From: an uncultured Lachnospiraceae bacterium
GTDB lineage: Bacteria; Bacillota; Clostridia; Lachnospirales; Lachnospiraceae
Direction: 5' to 3'
NCBI GenBank assembly: GCA_900316625.1
Contig: ONDO01000002.1
Location: 2,828-66,827, forward strand
Length of the DNA: 64,000 nucleotides
Shown: piece after piece, positions 58,196 to 64,000 of the stretch
Position numbering within the stretch: position 1 is the stretch's first letter
Layout: each line of letters starts with the position of its first letter
The notes under the pieces: generated by a model
The model's input: the letters and a program-made list of their open reading frames with translations, nothing else
Database searches by the model: none
Told to the model about the DNA's origin: nothing
Program-made: the position numbers and the translations under genes

Positions 58196-59350
58196 ATGGA
58201 TTTTACGCTTGATAAAAAGCATGAGTTCGCTAGAAACCTCTTCCGCGATTTCGCAGAGAAGGAAGTAAAGCCGTTCGCACAGGAAGTTGATGAGACCGAA
58301 GTATTCCCCAGAGCAACCGTCGAGAAGATGGCTAAGTGTGGATTCCTCGGCATTACTGTTCCCAAGGAATATGGCGGACAGGGATGCGATCCCCTGACCT
58401 ACGTTATGTGCGTTGAGGAACTCGCTAAGGTTTGCGGTACTACCGCAGTTATCGTTTCTGCACACAGCTCCCTCTGCTGTGATCCTATTCTCTTCTGGGG
58501 TACCGAAGAGCAGAAGCAGAAATATCTCGTTCCCCTTGCAAAGGGTGAGAAGCTTGGTGCATTCGCACTGACCGAACCTGGTGCAGGTACTGATGCTCAG
58601 GGCGCTCAGACTAAGGCTGTTGAGACGGAAGATGGCTGGGTACTGAATGGTTCTAAGTGCTTCATCACCAACGGTAAGGAAGCTGATGTTTATATCGTTA
58701 TCGCAGTTACCGATATCGTTCAGGATAAGAGAGGCCGTGCTAAGAAGCTCTTCTCCGCATTCATCGTTGAGAAGGGTACTCCGGGCTTCACCTTCGGAAC
58801 CAAGGAGAAGAAGATGGGTATCCGCGGATCCTCTACCTATGAGCTGATCTTCCAGGATTGCAAGATCCCTAAGGACGCTCTTCTCGGACAGAGAGGTAAG
58901 GGCTTCGGTTATGCAATGCATACCCTTGATGGTGGTCGTATCGGTATCGCAGCTCAGGCTCTTGGTCTTGGCGAAGGTGCTCTCGATCGTGCCGTTTCGT
59001 TCACTAAGGAACGTAAGCAGTTTGGTCGCTCCATCTCTGCATTCCAGAATACTCAGTTCCAGCTTGCTGATATGAAGGCTCGTATGGATGCTGCACAGAT
59101 GATGGTTTACAGAGCTGCAATGGCTAAGGCTACTCAGAAGGTTTACTCTGTTGAAGCTGCTGAAGCAAAGCTTTTCGCTGCTGAAGCTGCAATGGCAGTT
59201 ACCACTAAGGCTGTACAGCTTCATGGTGGTTATGGTTACACCAGAGAATATGATGTTGAGCGCATGATGCGTGATGCAAAGATCACCGAGATCTACGAAG
59301 GAACTTCCGAAGTTCAGCGTATGGTTATCTCCGGCAACCTTCTGGCTTAG
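58196..59350 (+). CDS. bcd: Butyryl-CoA dehydrogenase
   Basis: FALTEPGAGTDA, KMGIRGS, GGYGY, IYEGT; operon context. Confidence 0.95.
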   Translation: MDFTLDKKHEFARNLFRDFAEKEVKPFAQEVDETEVFPRATVEKMAKCGFLGITVPKEYGGQGCDPLTYVMCVEELAKVCGTTAVIVSAHSSLCCDPILFWGTEEQKQKYLVPLAKGEKLGAFALTEPGAGTDAQGAQTKAVETEDGWVLNGSKCFITNGKEADVYIVIAVTDIVQDKRGRAKKLFSAFIVEKGTPGFTFGTKEKKMGIRGSSTYELIFQDCKIPKDALLGQRGKGFGYAMHTLDGGRIGIAAQALGLGEGALDRAVSFTKERKQFGRSISAFQNTQFQLADMKARMDAAQMMVYRAAMAKATQKVYSVEAAEAKLFAAEAAMAVTTKAVQLHGGYGYTREYDVERMMRDAKITEIYEGTSEVQRMVISGNLLA

Positions 59351-59376
59351 TCTTGCAAAGAAAAAGGAGCAAATAC

Positions 59377-60165
59377 ATGAAAATCGTTGTATGTATTAAA
59401 CAGGTTCCGGATACTAAGGGCGGCGTTGTCTTCAACCCGGACGGAACACTGAACCGTGGTGCTATGCTCACCATTATGAACCCCGATGATAAGGCCGGCC
59501 TTGAGGCTGCTCTTCGTATCAAGGAGCAGACCGGCGCAGAAGTTATCGTTCTTACCATGGGCCTTCCCAAGGCAGATGATGTACTTCGTGAAGCAATGGC
59601 TATGGGCGCTGACCGTGGAATCCTTGTTACCGACCGTGTACTCGGCGGTGCAGATACCTGGGCAACTTCCACCACCATCGCTGGTGCAATCCGCAACCTC
59701 GACTATGACCTGATCATCACCGGACGTCAGGCTATCGATGGTGATACCGCTCAGGTTGGTCCTCAGATCGCTGAGCACCTTGGACTTCCTGTTGTATCTT
59801 ATGCAGAGGATATCAAGGTTGAAGGTAACACTGTTATCGTTAAGCGTCAGTTTGATGACCGTTATCATGAACTCAAGGTAGAGATGCCTTGCCTCATCAC
59901 TGCACTTTCTGAACTGAATGAACCCAGATACATGACTCCTGGCGGAATCTTCGATGCATTCGATAATGGCGAAGTTACCGTATGGGGCAGAGCTGATCTT
60001 AAGGATGTAGATGATAAGGATCTTGGTCTGAAGGGATCTCCTACCAAGATTGCACGCGCTTCCGATAAGGTACGTAAGGGTGCCGGCGAGACCGTTAAGG
60101 ATCTCGATCCTCAGGGCGCTGTAGACTACATCATGGGTAAGCTTACTGAGAAGCATGTTATCTAA
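59377..60165 (+). CDS. etfB: Electron transfer flavoprotein beta subunit
   Basis: VCIKQVPD, GADTWATS, GRQAIDGDTAQVG. Confidence 0.96.
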   Translation: MKIVVCIKQVPDTKGGVVFNPDGTLNRGAMLTIMNPDDKAGLEAALRIKEQTGAEVIVLTMGLPKADDVLREAMAMGADRGILVTDRVLGGADTWATSTTIAGAIRNLDYDLIITGRQAIDGDTAQVGPQIAEHLGLPVVSYAEDIKVEGNTVIVKRQFDDRYHELKVEMPCLITALSELNEPRYMTPGGIFDAFDNGEVTVWGRADLKDVDDKDLGLKGSPTKIARASDKVRKGAGETVKDLDPQGAVDYIMGKLTEKHVI

Positions 60166-60185
60166 TCAACAGAGAGGTGAATAAA

Positions 60186-61235
60186 ATGGCATTAGAAGAT
60201 TACAAGGGTGTATTTACTTTCGCCGAGCAGGTTGATCATAAGATTACAGGTGTTTCCCTGGAGCTTATCGGCAAAGGTAAAGAACTGGCTCAGGAACTCG
60301 ATGACAAGACTGTTACCGCTGTTCTGATCGGACATAATGTGAAGGATCTGGCTGATACTCTTGCTGAGTACGGCGCTGATCGTGTTATCGTAGTAGATGA
60401 TGCTGAACTCGAGACCTACCGTACCGAGCCTTATGCACAGGCTCTTGCAGGTGTTATCAATGAGTTCAAGCCCGAGATCATGCTGGTCGGTGCAACCGCA
60501 ATCGGCCGTGATCTTGGTCCTACCGTTTCTGCACGTGTAGCTACCGGTCTTACCGCTGACTGCACCATGCTTGAGATCGGTGACTTCCCTCTGGAAGCTA
60601 AGGAAGGCGTAGAGCAGAAGCATAAGCAGCTCCTCATGACCCGTCCTGCATTCGGTGGAAATACCATCGCAACCATCGCTTGCCCTGACAACCGTCCTCA
60701 GATGGCAACCGTACGTCCCGGCGTTATGGTTAAGGCTGAGCGCAAGCCTGGCGCAAAGGCAGAAGTTGTTGAATTCAATCCCGGAATCGTTAAGAACAAC
60801 CGCTTCGTTGAGATCCTTAACATCGTTAAGGATACCACCAAGGTTGAGAACATCATGGATGCTAAGATCCTCGTATCTGGCGGTCGTGGTGTTGGCTCTG
60901 CTGAGAACTTCAAGCTTCTTGAAGACCTCGCTGACGCTCTTCACGGAACCGTATCCTGCTCTCGTGCAGTCGTAGATAACGGCTGGAAGCCCAAGGATCT
61001 CCAGGTCGGCCAGACTGGTAAGACCGTTCGTCCTCAGGTTTACTTCGCAATCGGTATCTCCGGTGCAATTCAGCACGTAGCTGGTATGGAAGATTCTGAC
61101 ATCATCATCGCTATCAACAAGGATGAGAACGCTCCCATCTTCGATGTAGCTGATTATGGTATCGTTGGTGACCTGAACAAGATTGTTCCGGCACTGACCA
61201 AGGCAATCAACGAGTACAACGCTAACAAGGATTGA
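60186..61235 (+). CDS. etfA: Electron transfer flavoprotein alpha subunit
   Basis: GLTADCT, SGGRG, QVGQTGK, GISGAIQH. Confidence 0.96.
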   Translation: MALEDYKGVFTFAEQVDHKITGVSLELIGKGKELAQELDDKTVTAVLIGHNVKDLADTLAEYGADRVIVVDDAELETYRTEPYAQALAGVINEFKPEIMLVGATAIGRDLGPTVSARVATGLTADCTMLEIGDFPLEAKEGVEQKHKQLLMTRPAFGGNTIATIACPDNRPQMATVRPGVMVKAERKPGAKAEVVEFNPGIVKNNRFVEILNIVKDTTKVENIMDAKILVSGGRGVGSAENFKLLEDLADALHGTVSCSRAVVDNGWKPKDLQVGQTGKTVRPQVYFAIGISGAIQHVAGMEDSDIIIAINKDENAPIFDVADYGIVGDLNKIVPALTKAINEYNANKD

Positions 61236-61278
61236 TGTCTCTGATCTCCAGCTATCTACTTTTATACTATGGACAGCA

Positions 61279-61380
61279 AGGGGATTATGCGTATCCTTAT
61301 TCTCCGGACTTCGAGGGATTATGCGCATCCTTATTCTCCGGACTTCAAGGGATTATGCGTATCCTTATTCTCCGGACTTC
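61279..61380. repeat. 34-bp tandem repeat x3
   Basis: gggattatgcgYatccttattctccggacttc at 61281, 61315, 61349. Confidence 0.92.
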
Positions 61381-61532
61381 GTTCTGACCCTTCGTGGCAG
61401 GGCAGCCCGCTAGCGTGTATGGATTGAAAATATGATTACAAGGCTGCCGAAACGTATCCTTCGGTGGATTTGGACCTGCTTCCCACTGACCTGTTTCAGA
61501 GGCTGAATTCGTAATCCCTTCGGGAAATATAG

Positions 61533-61582
61533 AGCGCCCCATCAGGCGGATCTTCTGATCCTCCTCCTGGGGTGCTTTTTTG
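61533..61582 (+). terminator. Rho-independent terminator-like hairpin
   Basis: AGCGCCCCA...GGATC-ttct-GATCC...TGGGGTGCT-TTTTT. Confidence 0.7.
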
Positions 61583-61789
61583 TCCTTATCTGGCTACCCG
61601 ATTGTCTGCCCTTGATCGGTCGTCTGAGGTCTTATTTTGGTTGCCAGAGCTGCTAGCTTATGAGCACCCTTTTCAAGCCGCGATAAGAGCTGCTGTTCAG
61701 AGGACGGTATTTTACCTATAACAGACGCTTTTCTTCGGATTGCCTCTGAATAGGGGCTCATAATGCCGCTCGGACGCTGAGGAGAGGAC

Positions 61790-62210
61790 GGATAGGGCGG
61801 GAAAACAGAAATACCCGGATCGCGCCCTATGGGAGGAGCAGAAGTGCCGCCTGGATAGGGCGGAAAAACAGAAATAACCGGATCGCGCCCTATGGGAGGA
61901 GAGAAGTGACGCCAGGATAGGGCGGGAAAACAGAAATACCCGGATCGCGTCCTATGGGAGGAGCAGAAGTGCCACCAGGATAGGGCGGGAAAACAGAAAT
62001 ACCCGGATCGCGCCCTATGGGAGGAGCAGAAGTGCCGTCAGGATAGGGCGGGAAAACAGAAATACCCGGATCGCGCCCTATGAGAGGAGCAGAAGTGCCG
62101 CCAGGATAGGGCGGGAAAACAGAAATACCCGGATCGCGCCCTATGGGAGGAGCAGAAGTGCCGCCAGGATAGGGCGGAAAAACAGAAATAACCGGATCGC
62201 GCCCTATGAG
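61790..62210. repeat. 63-bp tandem repeat array (6 units plus partial), each with an internal hairpin
   Basis: Units start at 61790, 61853, 61915, 61978, 62041, 62104, 62167; each has ATAGGGCG...CGCCCTAT. Confidence 0.95.
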
Positions 62211-62441
62211 AGTTCATGTACCTTATGTAAGATAAGGAAACTATCGCATAGACACTTTGTGTACGTGCACGAGTTTTCGGAAAAATAGAAGGTAATTATA
62301 ACTTTTTTATGTCCTGTTTATTGACCATGAGTCAGCACATCATGGTAAATGTAGCGAAAAAGTTTCAATTAGGAACTTTGTATTTGTAAAATGTCAACAA
62401 GAAAATTTAAAACTATGACTACAATTCAATAAAAGTGTTTA

Positions 62442-62459
62442 TTGTTAAGAATTTAACTA
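62442..62459. promoter_or_regulatory. Rex-type operator upstream of DUF5692-like gene
   Basis: TTGTTAAGAATTTAACTA, one mismatch to TTGTTAANNNNTTAACAA. Confidence 0.7.
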
Positions 62460-62511
62460 AGACTTAAAATTTGTATGTTACTAGAAGTAGAAACAAGTAA
62501 GGAGGAGTACT

Positions 62512-63591
62512 ATGTTGTTTCAGCTTTATGGCGACAAGGCTCTGATGCAGTTACTCGGATGGGTACTGGTCTTTGCTGGTCTGATTATCATGAACGAAAT
62601 CGGACGTCGCACCAAACTCGGCGGAATCGCAGTTTTCATTATTCTGCCTCTCGCACTTACTGTTTATTTCATCGTTATCGCAGTTGCAGCTGGCGCTGGC
62701 GTTGATTGGGCAGTTAACAATCACACACACATCTACATGAATAGTTGGTTCCATTATGCTAAGCTCTATGCAGCAGATATCGGCTGTGTAGGTTTCATCA
62801 TGCTTAAGTATAAGTGGGGTATCGGCGCAAAGGAATGGTTCAAGCCTTGGCCTTTCGTTATCGTTGGTATCAACATCCTTATCGCTGTTGCATCCGACAT
62901 CGAGTCTGCTGTTAAGGGATTCGCTGCTGGCGGACTTGCAGGTGGCTGGTGGTTCTCTTCTGAGAACGTATGGCTCTACGGCGGTTGGTGGAACATCGTT
63001 AACGCCATCGCAGGTGTTATCAACATCTTCTGTATGACCGGTTGGTGGGGAATCTACTCCTCCAAGGGTGAGAAGGATATGCTCTGGCCTGACATGACCG
63101 TATGGTTCATCGTTGCTTATGATGTATGGAACTTTGAGTACACTTACTGCAACCTTCCTACCCATACCTGGTACTGTGGTGTTGCACTGCTTCTTGCTCC
63201 TACCTTTGCTAATGCACTTTGGAACAAGGGCGGCTGGATTCAGAACCGTGCCAATACCCTTGCTATCTGGTGTATGTTCGCACAGGTATTCCCTCTGTTC
63301 CAGATTACCGAACCTTTCTCCGTTCTTCCTTCCGTCTATGGCGGTGCTGTAGAGAACGGTGTAACCGCTTTCGATATGACTCAGATCACTTCCGTTCAGC
63401 AGCTCGAGGCAGCTGGTATAACTGCTAATCCTACTATGCAGGGTGTTGTAGCTATCCTTGCTCTTGTTGCAAACGTTCTGTGCATCTCTGTTATCATCAA
63501 GAGATCTATCGAGCAGAAGAAGAATCCGTACAAGAACGAGATCTTCGCTGGCACCAGAGACTTCGAGCAGGCAATGGCTCGTCGCGCTTAA
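62512..63591 (+). CDS. Polytopic membrane protein of unknown function (DUF5692-like)
   Basis: RBS AAGGAGG; Trp-rich TM protein with WFHYAKLY, NILIAV, DMLWPDM, YDVWNF.Y.Y, WIQNRA.TL motifs. Confidence 0.8.
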   Translation: MLFQLYGDKALMQLLGWVLVFAGLIIMNEIGRRTKLGGIAVFIILPLALTVYFIVIAVAAGAGVDWAVNNHTHIYMNSWFHYAKLYAADIGCVGFIMLKYKWGIGAKEWFKPWPFVIVGINILIAVASDIESAVKGFAAGGLAGGWWFSSENVWLYGGWWNIVNAIAGVINIFCMTGWWGIYSSKGEKDMLWPDMTVWFIVAYDVWNFEYTYCNLPTHTWYCGVALLLAPTFANALWNKGGWIQNRANTLAIWCMFAQVFPLFQITEPFSVLPSVYGGAVENGVTAFDMTQITSVQQLEAAGITANPTMQGVVAILALVANVLCISVIIKRSIEQKKNPYKNEIFAGTRDFEQAMARRA

Positions 63592-63626
63592 TTAGTGCCA
63601 ATCTGATCAATATCTCAGAATGCCGA

Positions 63627-63653
63627 GAGGCCCGGACAATATGTCCGGGCCTC
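63627..63653. terminator. Hairpin between convergent genes
   Basis: GAGGCCCGGACA-ata-TGTCCGGGCCTC. Confidence 0.8.
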
Positions 63654-63701
63654 TTACTTATTACCATTAGGGTGATGCAGTTAGCAATTCAGTTCTTGGT
63701 T

Positions 63702-64000
63702 TTATCGATTCTTTAATCGCTTATCAAGTTTCACACTGAGCTTGGTGCCAAGGCTCTGGAATACCTGAACCATGACGATCAGAAGGACGACAGCGCAGAT
63801 CATAACCAGGTACTTATAACGATAGTAGCCATAGTTAATAGCAATCTTACCGAGTCCGCCACCACCGATGATACCGGACATAGCGGTATAACCTAAAATG
63901 GTTGTGATAGCGATGGTGAAGTTAGATATCAGAGAAGGGACGGATTCAGGGATCATAACCTTGCAGATGATCTGCATAGGGGTTGCGCCCATACTTTCAG
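63702..64000 (-). CDS. metI: Methionine ABC transporter permease (5' end outside window)
   Basis: ESMGATPMQII..VMIPE, GYTAMSGIIGGGGLG..AINYGY. Confidence 0.9.
   Translation of the reverse strand, partial: ESMGATPMQIICKVMIPESVPSLISNFTIAITTILGYTAMSGIIGGGGLGKIAINYGYYRYKYLVMICAVVLLIVMVQVFQSLGTKLSVKLDKRLKNR

Noticed and set aside
57251-61328. Long minus-strand ORFs (657, 269, 378 aa) opposite hbd-bcd-etfBA
   Set aside because: Antisense shadows of highly biased genes; the same applies to 55951-57069, 39094-40854, 37809-38912, 44890-45828 and 4714-5832
61790-62210. CRISPR array or repeat-protein ORF
   Set aside because: Linkers are near-identical rather than unique spacers and no cas genes are present; reading frames are broken by TAG/TAA and a 1-bp deletion in unit 2

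Overview
Core-chromosome segment of an anaerobic Firmicute. The gene set (Clostridium-type thl-hbd-bcd-etfBA butyrate operon with Rex boxes, sufCBDSU, reversed-order GH3, lysine riboswitch-dapAB) points to a Lachnospiraceae/Butyrivibrio-like gut or rumen bacterium (inference). It holds about 55 protein genes, mostly housekeeping, transport and metabolism, plus one tRNA-Gly(GCC) and a lysine riboswitch. I found no transposase, integrase, phage or cas gene and no CRISPR array. The unexplained structure is almost all non-coding. (1) An asymmetric motif C(T/C)TCGNAAATGTAG(A/G) occurs 7 times, and inverted pairs of it bracket ohrR and thyA-folA. (2) A candidate multi-hairpin, C/U-loop sRNA lies divergent from an AraC gene, with 21-bp-spaced direct repeats between them. 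(3) A DUF5692-like membrane protein gene next to the butyrate operon carries a Rex box. (4) Several tandem or palindromic repeat elements are present: a 63-bp hairpin array, an inverted-arm element and 34-35-bp tandems. Family assignments come from motif recognition by eye, not database searches.
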